From Solirubrobacteraceae bacterium (GTDB lineage Bacteria > Actinomycetota > Thermoleophilia > Solirubrobacterales > Solirubrobacteraceae), in contig DATLOP010000228.1 in the NCBI GenBank assembly GCA_035536255.1, positions 1 to 55,136 on the forward strand: a DNA stretch of 55,136 nt. Direction: 5' to 3'. Both the position numbers and the translations under genes were made by a program. The notes beneath the pieces are model-generated. The model was not told the origin of the DNA and did no database searches. It saw nothing but the letters and a program-made list of their open reading frames with translations. Shown here in pieces: positions 34,192 through 43,455 of the stretch (position 1 is its first letter; each line of letters opens with the position of its first letter).

Positions 34192-35156
34192 CCGGGCGGC
34201 AGGACGTCCGGGTGGGCGCGGTACCACTCCACGGTGCCGGCCAGGCCCGCCTCCAGCTCCACCGCGGGGGCCCAGTCGGTCAGCTCGCGCAGCTTGCCCG
34301 CGTCCACGTACTGGCGGTCGATCTCCGCCGCCGGCGTCCCGGTGCCGCGGACGTCGGGCTCCACCTCGGTCCCGGCGGCGCGGCAGACGAGCCGCACGAC
34401 GTCGAGCACCGAATGCGGCTCGCCGCCGCCGGCGTTGAACGCCTCGCCCGCCGCCCCGCCGGCGTCCAGCGCGCCGGCGATCGCCAGGTACGCCGCCGCG
34501 GCGTCGCCCGCGTGCAGGAAGTCGCGCTCCGGGGTCCCGTCCGAGCGGATGACCGGCGGGCGTCCCTGGATCGCCGCCGCGGCGGCCTCGGGGACCAGGC
34601 GCGAGAAGTTCAGGTCGCCGCCGCCGTACAGGTTGGCGAAGCGGGTGACCGCGACCGGCACGCCGTAGGTGTGGAAGTAGGAGCGCGCGATGAGGTCGGC
34701 CGCGGCCTTGGAGGCGTCGTAGGGATAGCGCGGGCGCAGCGCCATGTCCTCGCGGTAGGGCAGCTCGTCGTGGGCACCGTACGCCTTGTCCGAGGAGGCG
34801 ACGACGACCCGCGGGACCTCCAAGCGCCGGCAGGCGTCCAGGAGCACCCACGTGCCGCGGACGTTGGCCTCGAACGTGGCGACGGGCGAGCGGACCGCGG
34901 TGCCGACCAGGGTCTGCGCGGCCAGGTGGAAGACGGTGTCGGCCTCGTACTCGGCCAGCGCGCGCTCGACCGTCGCGGCGTCGCCGACGTCCCCGGTGAC
35001 CACGTCGCACGCCGCCTCCAGCCCGTCCAGGACGAGCGCCGAGGCGGCGGGCTCGTCGCGGCGCAGCACCGTCACCGCGTCGCCGCGCTCCAGCAGCGCC
35101 CGGACCAGCCACGTTCCCAGCAGCCCGTAGGCGCCGGTGACGAAGGCCCGGCTCAC
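34188..35156 (-). CDS. rfbG: CDP-glucose 4,6-dehydratase
   Basis: GTG 35156 overlaps the rfbF stop (GTGA). VSRAFVTGAYGLLGTWLVRALLERG...ASSDKAYG...YDASKAAAD...FANLYGGGD. The track ORF to 35660 is a shadow extension. Confidence 0.8.
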   Translation of the reverse strand: MSRAFVTGAYGLLGTWLVRALLERGDAVTVLRRDEPAASALVLDGLEAACDVVTGDVGDAATVERALAEYEADTVFHLAAQTLVGTAVRSPVATFEANVRGTWVLLDACRRLEVPRVVVASSDKAYGAHDELPYREDMALRPRYPYDASKAAADLIARSYFHTYGVPVAVTRFANLYGGGDLNFSRLVPEAAAAAIQGRPPVIRSDGTPERDFLHAGDAAAAYLAIAGALDAGGAAGEAFNAGGGEPHSVLDVVRLVCRAAGTEVEPDVRGTGTPAAEIDRQYVDAGKLRELTDWAPAVELEAGLAGTVEWYRAHPDVLPPG

Positions 35157-35881
35157 GCGGCCCACACCTTCCACGGGGCCCGGTCCTGCTCCCACAGGTC
35201 GTTTAGCAGGACCGCGTCCTTGTAGGTGTCCATGCAGTCCCAGAAGCCCTCGTGCCGGTAGGCCCGCAGCTGGCCGGCGGCGGCCAGCCGCTCCAGCGGC
35301 TCGCGCTCCAGGACGCTGCCCGTCGCCAGATGCTCGAACACGGCGGGCTCGAAGCAGAAGAATCCGCCGTTGACCCAGTGCTCGGAACGCGGCTTCTCGT
35401 GGAATCCGGTGACGATCCCGTCGCCGTCGAGCTCGGTGACGCCGAACTGCAGACGTGGGCGCACCACGGTCATGGTGGCCGCCGCGCCGTGCTCCCGGTG
35501 GAAGGCGACGAGACCGAGCAGGTCGATGTCGGCGACTCCGTCTCCGTAGGTCGCGCAGAAGGTCCGCTCGCCGATCTCCGAACGGGCGGTGGCCAGGCGA
35601 CCGCCCGTCGGGGTGTCGAGTCCCGTGTCCACCGGCACCACCTCGATCCCCTCCGGCCACGCCTCGGCGCGGGCGAAGTCGGCGATCAGCTCACCCTTGT
35701 AGCCCAGGCACAGCACGGCGCGCCGGAAGCCCTGCGCGGCGTAGATCCGGACGATGTGCCAGAGGATCGGCCGCCCTCCGACTTCGACCAAGGCCTTGGG
35801 GATCGCCTGCGCGTGCTCGCGCAGGCGCGTGCCGCGCCCGCCGCAGAGGATCGCGACGGTGTCGACCGCATCCGCTCCCAT
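35153..35881 (-). CDS. rfbF: Glucose-1-phosphate cytidylyltransferase
   Basis: VAILCGGRGTRLRE...PKALVEVGGRPILWHIVRIY...LGYKG...TGGR...YGDGVADID...EKP...WVNGGFFCFEP...FWDCMDTYKD. Confidence 0.9.
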   Translation of the reverse strand: MGADAVDTVAILCGGRGTRLREHAQAIPKALVEVGGRPILWHIVRIYAAQGFRRAVLCLGYKGELIADFARAEAWPEGIEVVPVDTGLDTPTGGRLATARSEIGERTFCATYGDGVADIDLLGLVAFHREHGAAATMTVVRPRLQFGVTELDGDGIVTGFHEKPRSEHWVNGGFFCFEPAVFEHLATGSVLEREPLERLAAAGQLRAYRHEGFWDCMDTYKDAVLLNDLWEQDRAPWKVWAA

Positions 35882-35905
35882 GAGCGGGCATCATTCCACG
35901 CCGTC

Positions 35906-36436
35906 ATGCAGCCGCTTCCCACCCGCCTGGACGGCCCGGTCCTCCTCCAACCGGCGATTCACGGCGACGAGCGCGGTTTCTTCCTCGAGACGTTCCGCGC
36001 GTCCAAGCTCGCCGAGCTGGGCATCCATGACGAGTGGGTGCAGGACAACCACTCGCGCTCGCGCCGCGGCATCCTGCGCGGAATGCACCACCAGCCCGGG
36101 ATGGCGAAGCTGGTGCGCTGCGCGCGCGGGACGATCCTCGACGTGCTGGTCGATGCCCGCCCGGAGTCGCCCGGCTTCGGCTCCTGGGAGGGCTTCGAGC
36201 TGAGCGACCGCAACGGGCGGGTCCTATACGCGCCGGACGGGTTCGGCCACGGGTTCTGCGTTCTCAGCGACGAGGCCGACGTGGTCTACAAGTGCTCCGC
36301 CTACTACGACCCCGAGGCCGAGATGGGCTTCGCCTTCGACGACCCCGAGGTCGGGATCGAGTGGCCCGACGGCCTGGACCCGGTCGTCTCGCAGCGCGAC
36401 CGGGCCGCCCCGCCACTGGCGCAGCTGCGCCGCTGA
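35906..36436 (+). CDS. dTDP-4-dehydrorhamnose 3,5-epimerase family (RmlC/RfbC-like cupin)
   Basis: ATG 35906; HGDERGFFLETF...QDNHSRSRRGILRGMHHQ...KLVRCARGTILDVLVD...PDGFGHGFCVLSD...YKCSAYYDPE. Confidence 0.85.
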   Translation: MQPLPTRLDGPVLLQPAIHGDERGFFLETFRASKLAELGIHDEWVQDNHSRSRRGILRGMHHQPGMAKLVRCARGTILDVLVDARPESPGFGSWEGFELSDRNGRVLYAPDGFGHGFCVLSDEADVVYKCSAYYDPEAEMGFAFDDPEVGIEWPDGLDPVVSQRDRAAPPLAQLRR

Positions 36437-36439
36437 GCC

Positions 36440-38053
36440 GTGACCGCGCGGTGGTGGCGAAACGAGCGGTTCTGGCGGTTGGCGCCGTGGCTCCCTCTGG
36501 TCCTGGCGGCGGTCTGGCTGGTGGCGCTCGCCGTGGACTTCAGAGACGTCGTCCAGGCGATCTTCGCCAACTCCGACTTCGCGTCGGCGCCAGTGATCGG
36601 CGAGCTCTACGACGAGCGGGACGGCGGCCCGGTCGTCCTGGGCAACTTTCCGTGGTACTCGACGCTGTGGTTCGAGCAGCTCACCGCTGGGTTGCCCGCG
36701 CACCGGCAGATCTGGCAGGTCGGACCGTGGCTGTTCGCGCTCCTGGGGGTGGGTGCGGCGGCGTGGGCGACCTGGCGGGCCGCGGGCGCCTGGGCGGCGA
36801 TGATCGTGGCCGTGGCGCTCGGGTGCGCCGGGCCGGCACTGCTCAACTTTCAGTTCGGCCTCAGCCTGCACTCGCCGGCCTACACGCACGTGTGCCTGCT
36901 CGGAGCGTTCCTCGTGCTGTGCGCGGAGCACGGCGGGCGGGTGGGCAACCGCGCGGTCCACGTCGCGCTGTGCGGCGCGCTGGCCGCGGTGACCGCGGTC
37001 GGGCTGGCCTCGGACGAGCTGCTGCTCCCGGCCGGTATCGCCCCGTTCCTGCTCGCGGCCGCGGCGCTGGTTCGCCTGCTCCCGCCGCCCGCCGGCCGGC
37101 GCATCGTCGTCTCGGCGGTCGCAATCGCGGCGTTCGCCGCTGTCGGGTCCCGGATCCTCGTGGACGTCATGGAGGACGCCGGCGTCGTGGCCGCCCCCTT
37201 CGACGTCGTCTTCGCGCAGTGGGACAGGCTGGTCCCCAACCTCCGGCTGCTCGCCCACTCGCTGGCCTTCATGTTCAACGGCGACTTCGGCGGGGCCAGG
37301 ATCGGACTGCGCTCGGTGGTCGAGCTGGCGAGTGCGGTAGCGGTCCTGGCCGCCGTCGTCGCGGTGGTGCGCCATGCCAGGCGCTGGATCCCCGCCGTCG
37401 CCGCCACCGTGGACGAGGACCCCCGGGAGGCGGCCCGGCGGGCCCACGTCGCGTTCTGGCTGGCGGCGGGCGCCGTGCTCGCGGCGACGTTCGTCCTGTC
37501 GAGCGTCCCCGTCGACAAGTACACCGCGCGCTACGTCCTGAGCGTCGGGTACGCGGTGGTCGTGCTCGTCGCCGTGGCCGCGGCCGCGCACCCCACGTCA
37601 CGCGCGGTCGTCGCGGCGGGCGTGTCCCTGGTCGTGGCCGGCGGCGTGGCGGGCCTTGTGCGCGGCGACCTCCAGGATCAGGTCATCGCGTCGGGCGACC
37701 TGTCCGGGCCCTTGGAGCGGCTCGCCCGGGCCGAGGGAGTCGAGCACGGGTACGCCGGCTATTGGACGGCCGCGCCGGTCACGTGGCAGACTCGCACGCG
37801 GCTGCGGCTCTACCCCGTGCGCACCTGCACCGGCTCGCCGACGCTGTGCCCGTACCCCTTCCACCGCATCGACAACTGGTATAAGCCCCGCTCCGGCGAG
37901 GGGTCGCTGCTGGTGGTCGATCCGCGGCAGACCCAGGCGGGAGCGCCGACCGGGCCGGACCCGGCCTTCGGTCCCCCGCGGCGGACCGTCCGGGTGGACC
38001 ACGCAACCGTCTACGTCTATGGCTACGACATCGCCTCGAGACTCGGACGCTGA
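36440..38053 (+). CDS. Large polytopic membrane protein, candidate GT-C-type glycosyltransferase
   Basis: 537 aa with more than 10 hydrophobic segments and a soluble C-terminal domain of about 130 aa. Located directly upstream of a Dpm1/ArnC-like GT2. No motif recognised with certainty. Confidence 0.45.
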   Translation: MTARWWRNERFWRLAPWLPLVLAAVWLVALAVDFRDVVQAIFANSDFASAPVIGELYDERDGGPVVLGNFPWYSTLWFEQLTAGLPAHRQIWQVGPWLFALLGVGAAAWATWRAAGAWAAMIVAVALGCAGPALLNFQFGLSLHSPAYTHVCLLGAFLVLCAEHGGRVGNRAVHVALCGALAAVTAVGLASDELLLPAGIAPFLLAAAALVRLLPPPAGRRIVVSAVAIAAFAAVGSRILVDVMEDAGVVAAPFDVVFAQWDRLVPNLRLLAHSLAFMFNGDFGGARIGLRSVVELASAVAVLAAVVAVVRHARRWIPAVAATVDEDPREAARRAHVAFWLAAGAVLAATFVLSSVPVDKYTARYVLSVGYAVVVLVAVAAAAHPTSRAVVAAGVSLVVAGGVAGLVRGDLQDQVIASGDLSGPLERLARAEGVEHGYAGYWTAAPVTWQTRTRLRLYPVRTCTGSPTLCPYPFHRIDNWYKPRSGEGSLLVVDPRQTQAGAPTGPDPAFGPPRRTVRVDHATVYVYGYDIASRLGR

Positions 38054-38072
38054 CCAGGAGGTCGGCCTCACC

Positions 38073-38750
38073 GTGCTGATGCCCGTCTACAACGAGGCGG
38101 ACACGGTCGAGCGGGCGATCGAGGCGGTCCTGCAGGCGGAGCTGCCGGTGGACTTCGAGCTGGTCGTCGTCGACGACGGCTCCACCGACGGGACCCGCGA
38201 GATCCTCGCCCGGGGCGAGTGGCCCGAGCGCGTGCGCATCTTCGAGCACGACGGCAACCGTGGGAAGGGCGCGGCGGTCCGGACCGCTCTCCAGCACGCC
38301 CGCGGCCGCTTCTCGGCCATCTTCGACGCCGACCTCGAGTACGACCCGGAGGACGTCGGCGACCTGCTGCCGCCCCTGATCGAGGGCCACGCCCGCGCGG
38401 CCTTCGGGGTGCGCGCGTTCAACGGCTACACGAGCCACTCGTTCATGTACGTCATCGGCAACCGCGGCGTCACGCTGGCCGCCAACATGCTCTTCAACGT
38501 CTACCTCAAGGACCTCATGACCTGCCACAAGGTCATCGAGACCGACCTCTTCCGCAGCCTCCCCCTCCGGGCCAACGGCTTCGACATCGAGCCCGAGATC
38601 GCGGCCCGGCTGATCCAGCGCCGCGAGCGGATCTTCGAGCTGCCCGTGCACTACAAGGCGCGCGCCACCAGCGAGGGAAAGAAGCTCACGTCGCTCGACG
38701 GCTTCCGCGTGCTGGCGACGCTGCTGCGCTGCCGGTTCAGCCGAGCCTGA
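38073..38750 (+). CDS. GT2 polyprenyl-phosphate glycosyltransferase (Dpm1/Ppm1/ArnC-like)
   Basis: AGGAGG at 38056-61, GTG at 38073; LMPVYNEADTVERAI...LVVVDDGSTDGT...GKGAAVR...FDADLEYDPED...GFDIEPEI. Confidence 0.8.
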   Translation: MLMPVYNEADTVERAIEAVLQAELPVDFELVVVDDGSTDGTREILARGEWPERVRIFEHDGNRGKGAAVRTALQHARGRFSAIFDADLEYDPEDVGDLLPPLIEGHARAAFGVRAFNGYTSHSFMYVIGNRGVTLAANMLFNVYLKDLMTCHKVIETDLFRSLPLRANGFDIEPEIAARLIQRRERIFELPVHYKARATSEGKKLTSLDGFRVLATLLRCRFSRA

Positions 38751-39591
38751 AGCGCTCGCGCAGGTACTGGCGGACGAACGCGGCCACGAAGCGCGGGTTG
38801 TAGCGCAGGTAGCGCCGCCACAGCCGGCGCGGCTCGTGCGCCAGGCGGAAGGCCCACTCCAGGCCAAGGCTCTGCAGGCGCTCGGGCGCCTGGGGCACGA
38901 GGCCGGCGTGGAAGTCGAAGGCCGCGCCCACCCCCACCATCACCGGTGCGTGGAGCTGCTCCTGCATCTGCGCCATCCACTTCTCCTGCCGGGGCTGGCC
39001 GATGCCCACCCACACGACGTCGGCGCGCGAGCGGTTGATCTCCCCGGCGAGGGCGGCGCGCTCCTCGGCGTCGAGGTCGCGGAAGGGCGGGGAGTAGCCG
39101 CCGACGATCTTGATGCCGGGGTAGCGGCGGCGCAGGTTGAGCGCAAGCTGGACGAGCGCTCCCTGGTTGCGCCCGCCGTACAGGAACATCCGCGTGCCGT
39201 TGCCCGCCGAGCGCTCGCAGTAGCGCGCCATCAGCTCGGGGCCGTACACGCGCGACGCGCTGCGATGGCCGAGCAGCTTCATCGCCCACACCAGCGGCTG
39301 ACCGTCGGGCACGCTCAGTGCGCCCTCGCGCAGCACGGCCTCGCGCGTCTCGGGGTCCTCCTGAGCCACCATGACCGCGTGCACCGCCGCGGGGATGACG
39401 TAGCCACGACCGCCGGCGGCGATCGTCGCGTCCATCCAGTCCATCGTGCGCTCGTAGTCGGTCAGGGCGAGCGGCACCCCCAGAACGGGCACGGTCGGCG
39501 GTGACGAGGCGGCGTCGGTGGCCAGGGCAGCAGGCGCGGCACCGGTGGCGCGCGCGTTTGCATCCGGGGACGGGCTCGTCCCGGTCGGCAT
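38737..39591 (-). CDS. WecB/TagA/CpsF-family glycosyltransferase (GT26)
   Basis: ATG 39591; VPLALTDYERTMDWM...VIPAAVHAVM...PDGQPLVWA...RVYGPELM...VWVGIGQPRQEKWM...GVGAAFDFHAG...APERLQSLGLEWAFRL. Confidence 0.85.
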   Translation of the reverse strand: MPTGTSPSPDANARATGAAPAALATDAASSPPTVPVLGVPLALTDYERTMDWMDATIAAGGRGYVIPAAVHAVMVAQEDPETREAVLREGALSVPDGQPLVWAMKLLGHRSASRVYGPELMARYCERSAGNGTRMFLYGGRNQGALVQLALNLRRRYPGIKIVGGYSPPFRDLDAEERAALAGEINRSRADVVWVGIGQPRQEKWMAQMQEQLHAPVMVGVGAAFDFHAGLVPQAPERLQSLGLEWAFRLAHEPRRLWRRYLRYNPRFVAAFVRQYLRERFRLG

Positions 39592-39627
39592 CGAATCGGG
39601 CCTCACGGCGGCTATAACGATGGCAGA

Positions 39628-40938
39628 GTGGTAAAGGTGCGGGGTTCCCGGGTGCCATCTTGCGTGCGCCGGCTCCTGGTGTGGGGCTGGTCGCTGCTTG
39701 TGGTGCTCGCCGCGGCCGTGCCGGCGGCGATCGACCCACCGGACCGGGCGTATCCGCCCATCCACTCCGACGGGGTCGGCTACCACGCCTGGACCCGGGC
39801 GATCGTCAAGCGCGAGTTCGGCTTCTGCCACTACACGCCGCTGCACCCCGTGGGGGCACTGAGCGCGGTCCATCCTCGCAACCCGAAGCGCTGCACGAAC
39901 CAGTTCTCCCCCGGCCTCGCGCTCCTGCGCCTGCCGGTGATGGCGTGGTTCGTCCAGGAGGCCAACCCAGATCTCGTGATCTCCGACGAGGAGCACGAGG
40001 CGAATCTGTGGATGGGCGTGGTCGCGCTCGCCATCGCGTGCGGGTTCTTGCTGGCCGGGTGCCGGTCGCTGGGCGTGCGGCCGCTCGTCGCCAACCTGGT
40101 CGCGCTCGCGACCGTGTTCGGTACCGGGCTCTACCACTACGCGACCTTCGACGGCTCGTTCACGCACGTCTACTCGGCGGCCCTCTTCGCGATCCTGGTG
40201 TGGCTCGGCCTGCGGGCCGGCCGCGCGGGCCGCGACCCGCCGGCGGTGGCGGTCGCGGCGCTGGCCGCCGTCATCGTGGCCGTGCGCCAGCCCAACGCCG
40301 CGGTACTACTCGTCCTGCTCGCCGGCTGGTTGGCCTGGCGGATGCGCGAGCTGCCCGCCGCGCAGCGCGGACGCCAGGTCGTGCGCTCGGCCGCGCCTAC
40401 CGTGGTGGGCATGGCGTGCGCGCTCGCCGCCCAGGCGATCTATGTCAAGTGGTCCTCGGGGCACTGGGGTCTTTCGGCCTACGTCGACGAGTCCTTCGAC
40501 CTCTCCTACCTCAAGGAGCGCCCGGTGCTGCTCTCCTACGAACGCGGGCTCTTCACCTGGTACCCCGCGGCCGGCGTCCTGCTCGCGGCGGCGCTGGCGA
40601 GCCGGCGCGCCCGGCCGCTGGGGCTCGTCGCCGCCGGCGTCGTAGCCGCCCTGGCCGTCGTCTACGGCTCGTGGCACTCCTGGCCGCTGGGCGCCGGCTT
40701 CGGCCACCGCGGGTTCGTGGACGTCGCGCCCCTGCTCGGGGTGGCCGGCGCGTACGGGCTCGACACGCTGCGCGTCCGGGTGCTGGCCCCCGCGCTGGCC
40801 GCCCTCGCGGTGTGCGCCTTCGCCACCGTCTCGCTGATGGCAGGCTACTGGCGCGGGACGATCCCGATCGTCCACACGTCGCCCGATCAGTACTGGTCCC
40901 ATCTGACCGGGCGCGACGCGCTCTGGCGCCGACCGTGA
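39628..40938 (+). CDS. Polytopic membrane protein, GT-C-like (ArnT/PMT-like) candidate
   Basis: 436 aa with about 10 TM segments. The first outside loop carries IHSDGVGYHAWTRAIV, which resembles the GT-C acidic loop. The start codon is uncertain because several GTGs are available. Confidence 0.5.
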   Translation: MVKVRGSRVPSCVRRLLVWGWSLLVVLAAAVPAAIDPPDRAYPPIHSDGVGYHAWTRAIVKREFGFCHYTPLHPVGALSAVHPRNPKRCTNQFSPGLALLRLPVMAWFVQEANPDLVISDEEHEANLWMGVVALAIACGFLLAGCRSLGVRPLVANLVALATVFGTGLYHYATFDGSFTHVYSAALFAILVWLGLRAGRAGRDPPAVAVAALAAVIVAVRQPNAAVLLVLLAGWLAWRMRELPAAQRGRQVVRSAAPTVVGMACALAAQAIYVKWSSGHWGLSAYVDESFDLSYLKERPVLLSYERGLFTWYPAAGVLLAAALASRRARPLGLVAAGVVAALAVVYGSWHSWPLGAGFGHRGFVDVAPLLGVAGAYGLDTLRVRVLAPALAALAVCAFATVSLMAGYWRGTIPIVHTSPDQYWSHLTGRDALWRRP

Positions 40939-42092
40939 GCCGGCCGTCGCACATCGGGGTCAACGCGGTCTTCCTGCGACCGCCCATGGCCGGAATCGAG
41001 ACTTACGTGCGGCGCCTGATGCCCGAGCTCGCCGCCTTGCGCCCGCGAACCCGTCTCAGCCTCTTCCTGGGCGCCGAGGGCGCCCGGGCGCTGGCCGCCG
41101 AGCCGTGGGCGGAGGAGGTGCAGCTGGTGACGCACCCCCTCCTCGGGGTCCGCCTCCTGAGCGCGCTGTCCGAGGTCGCGCTGCTGGGGCGCCTGGCCAG
41201 CGCCCGGGGCGTCGACGCCCTGAACTCGGTGGCCCTGACCGGGCCGTGGTGGGGGCGCTTCGCCCACGTCGTCACGGTCGGCGACATGACCTGGCACCTG
41301 GAGCGGGCCAGCGTGAGCCGCTCCACCGGGCTGGTCTGGCGCGCTCTCGTCCCGCGGACCGCCCGGCGCGCCGACCGCGTCCTGACCTACTCGGAGGCGG
41401 CGCGCCGGGACATCGTTTCGATCATCGGGGTGCCCCAGGACCGGGTGGACGTCGTGCCTCTGGGCCCCGGTTCGGCCGAGGCGGCGGGAGCCCCGGACGA
41501 GCCGGTGGTCCGCGAGCGCTACGACCTCGGGACGGGACCCGTCGTGCTGACCGTGTCGGGCAAGCGGCCGAGCAAGAACCTCGCCCGCCTCGTCGAGGCG
41601 ATGGCGCGCGTTCACGCCGAGCGCCCGGACGCGGTCCTCGTGATGCCGGGCGCGCCGACGCCCCACGAGCAGGAGCTGCGCGAGCTCGCGGACCGGTTGG
41701 GCGTCAGCGAACGGGTCCGCTTCCCCGCCTTCGTCCCGGACGCGGACCTGGAGGGGCTCTACCGGGTCGCACGCTGCTTCGTCTTCCCCTCGCTGTACGA
41801 GGGCTTCGGGCTGCCCGTGCTCGAGGCCATGCGACGCGGCGTGCCGGTCGCCTGCTCGCCGGCCTCGTCGATCCCGGAGGTGGCGGGTGACGCGGCGCTG
41901 TACTTCGACCCGCTCGATCCGGCGCAGATCGCGGACGCGATCCGGCGCCTCCTGGAGGACGACGCGCTGGCCTCCCGGCTGACCGCGGCGGGCCGCGAAC
42001 GGCAGCGGGCCTTCTCGTGGCGGCGCACCGCGGAGGGGACGCTGGAGTGCATCGACCGGGCGTGGCGCGAAAGCTATGGTCCGCGCGCATGA
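40935..42092 (+). CDS. Glycosyltransferase family 4 (mannosyltransferase-like)
   Basis: GTGA-coupled start; ...VLTVSGKRPSKNLARLVEA...FVFPSLYEGFGLPVLEAMRRGVPVACSPASSIPEVAGDAALYFDP. Paralogous to 47941-49053 and 49076-50203. Confidence 0.85.
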   Translation: MSRPSHIGVNAVFLRPPMAGIETYVRRLMPELAALRPRTRLSLFLGAEGARALAAEPWAEEVQLVTHPLLGVRLLSALSEVALLGRLASARGVDALNSVALTGPWWGRFAHVVTVGDMTWHLERASVSRSTGLVWRALVPRTARRADRVLTYSEAARRDIVSIIGVPQDRVDVVPLGPGSAEAAGAPDEPVVRERYDLGTGPVVLTVSGKRPSKNLARLVEAMARVHAERPDAVLVMPGAPTPHEQELRELADRLGVSERVRFPAFVPDADLEGLYRVARCFVFPSLYEGFGLPVLEAMRRGVPVACSPASSIPEVAGDAALYFDPLDPAQIADAIRRLLEDDALASRLTAAGRERQRAFSWRRTAEGTLECIDRAWRESYGPRA

Positions 42093-42676
42093 GCCCTCTC
42101 GGCAGGCTCCTCGGCCGGGTCACGGACCCGGAGCAGTTCCGGCTGGCGCCCAGCGGCCCGGGTCGCGTGCTCGACGTCGGCTGCGGCGCCAAGAAGTGGC
42201 CCGGGGCCGTGGGGGTGGACATCTCGCCGGACACCGACGCCGATGTCGTGCTCGACCTCGACGCCCCGCCCTACGAGGAGCTGGAAAGCGACTCCTTCGA
42301 CCAGATCCTCTGCCAGGACGTGCTCGAGCACGTGAGCGAGCCCGTGCGCGTGATGGAGGAGCTGCACCGGGTCGCCCGGCCGGGCGCGCGCCTGCACGTG
42401 CGCACGCCGCACTTCTCGTCCGTGCTGGCCTACAGCGACCCGACGCACCGCAGCTACTTCTCGTCGGCGGCGATCCGCGCCCTGGCGGAGCCGGGCTTCG
42501 CTCACTACACGCAGGTCCGCATGCGCGTCGTCGCGCTGTCGCTGGACTTCTGGTCGTTGTTCCGACTCACCGGCGTGGCGGCGCTGGCCAACCGCAACCT
42601 CGACCTGTACGAGCGCTACTTCGCCTTCCGCTTCCCGGCGATGAACATCCGAGCCGAGCTCGAGGTCCTCAAGTGA
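42089..42676 (+). CDS. Class I SAM-dependent methyltransferase
   Basis: ATGA-coupled start; RVLDVGCGAKKWPGAVGVD...FDQILCQDVLEHVSEP...PGARLHVRTPHF...DPTHRSYFS. Paralog of 8220-8858. Confidence 0.85.
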   Translation: MSPLGRLLGRVTDPEQFRLAPSGPGRVLDVGCGAKKWPGAVGVDISPDTDADVVLDLDAPPYEELESDSFDQILCQDVLEHVSEPVRVMEELHRVARPGARLHVRTPHFSSVLAYSDPTHRSYFSSAAIRALAEPGFAHYTQVRMRVVALSLDFWSLFRLTGVAALANRNLDLYERYFAFRFPAMNIRAELEVLK

Positions 42677-43455
42677 GCGCGGGACCAGGGCGGGCGACCG
42701 TCCAGCAGCTCATCGGCCGGGTGCCGCCGTTCACCGATCCGCGGGTGCGCAAGCAGGTGCTGCGCGGGCGCCGGGAGCTCGAGCGGGTGCGCCGCCGGGC
42801 GCTGGAGCGCCGCGGCTCGGACCGGCGCTCGCGGCCCGCCCTGTACGACATGGAGCGAAAGCTCGCCCAGCACCTGCCGGCGCGCGGGGGATTCTTCGTC
42901 GAGGCGGGCGCGAACGACGGGTACCTCCAGAGCAACACTTACTGGCTGGCCCGCTTCCAAGGCTGGCGCGGCGTGCTCGTAGAGCCCATCCCCGAGCTGT
43001 ACGCCGAATGTGTCCGTGAGCGCCCGGAGTCGAGAGTGTTCAACTGCGCGTTGGTGCCCTCGGAGCGCGAAGGCGAGCCCGTGACCATGCACTACGGGGG
43101 CCTGATGTCGATCGTGCGCGGGGTCAACGGCTCGGCCCACCAAGACGCGGCCCACGCGCGCGCGGGCTCCCAGCTGGGCTGGGACGCGACCTACGAGGTC
43201 CGCGTCCCGGGCCGAACGCTGAGCTCGCTGCTGGAGGAGGTCGGCGCCCCCGACGTCGACCTGCTGTCGCTGGACGTGGAGGGCTTCGAGCTGGATGCCC
43301 TCGCGGGACTGGACCTGGACCGGTTCGCCCCGCGCTTCGCGCTGGTGGAGGCGCTCGACGACGCGGCGCGCGAGTCCGTGACGGCAGCGCTTGCCGCCCG
43401 CTACGACCCCGTCAAGCCGCTCTCGCCTTACGACGTGCTGTATGCCCGCCGCTGA
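42673..43455 (+). CDS. FkbM-family methyltransferase
   Basis: GTGA-coupled start; GGFFVEAGANDGYLQSNTYWL...GVLVEPIP...LLSLDVEGFELDALAG. Confidence 0.8.
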   Translation: MSAGPGRATVQQLIGRVPPFTDPRVRKQVLRGRRELERVRRRALERRGSDRRSRPALYDMERKLAQHLPARGGFFVEAGANDGYLQSNTYWLARFQGWRGVLVEPIPELYAECVRERPESRVFNCALVPSEREGEPVTMHYGGLMSIVRGVNGSAHQDAAHARAGSQLGWDATYEVRVPGRTLSSLLEEVGAPDVDLLSLDVEGFELDALAGLDLDRFAPRFALVEALDDAARESVTAALAARYDPVKPLSPYDVLYARR

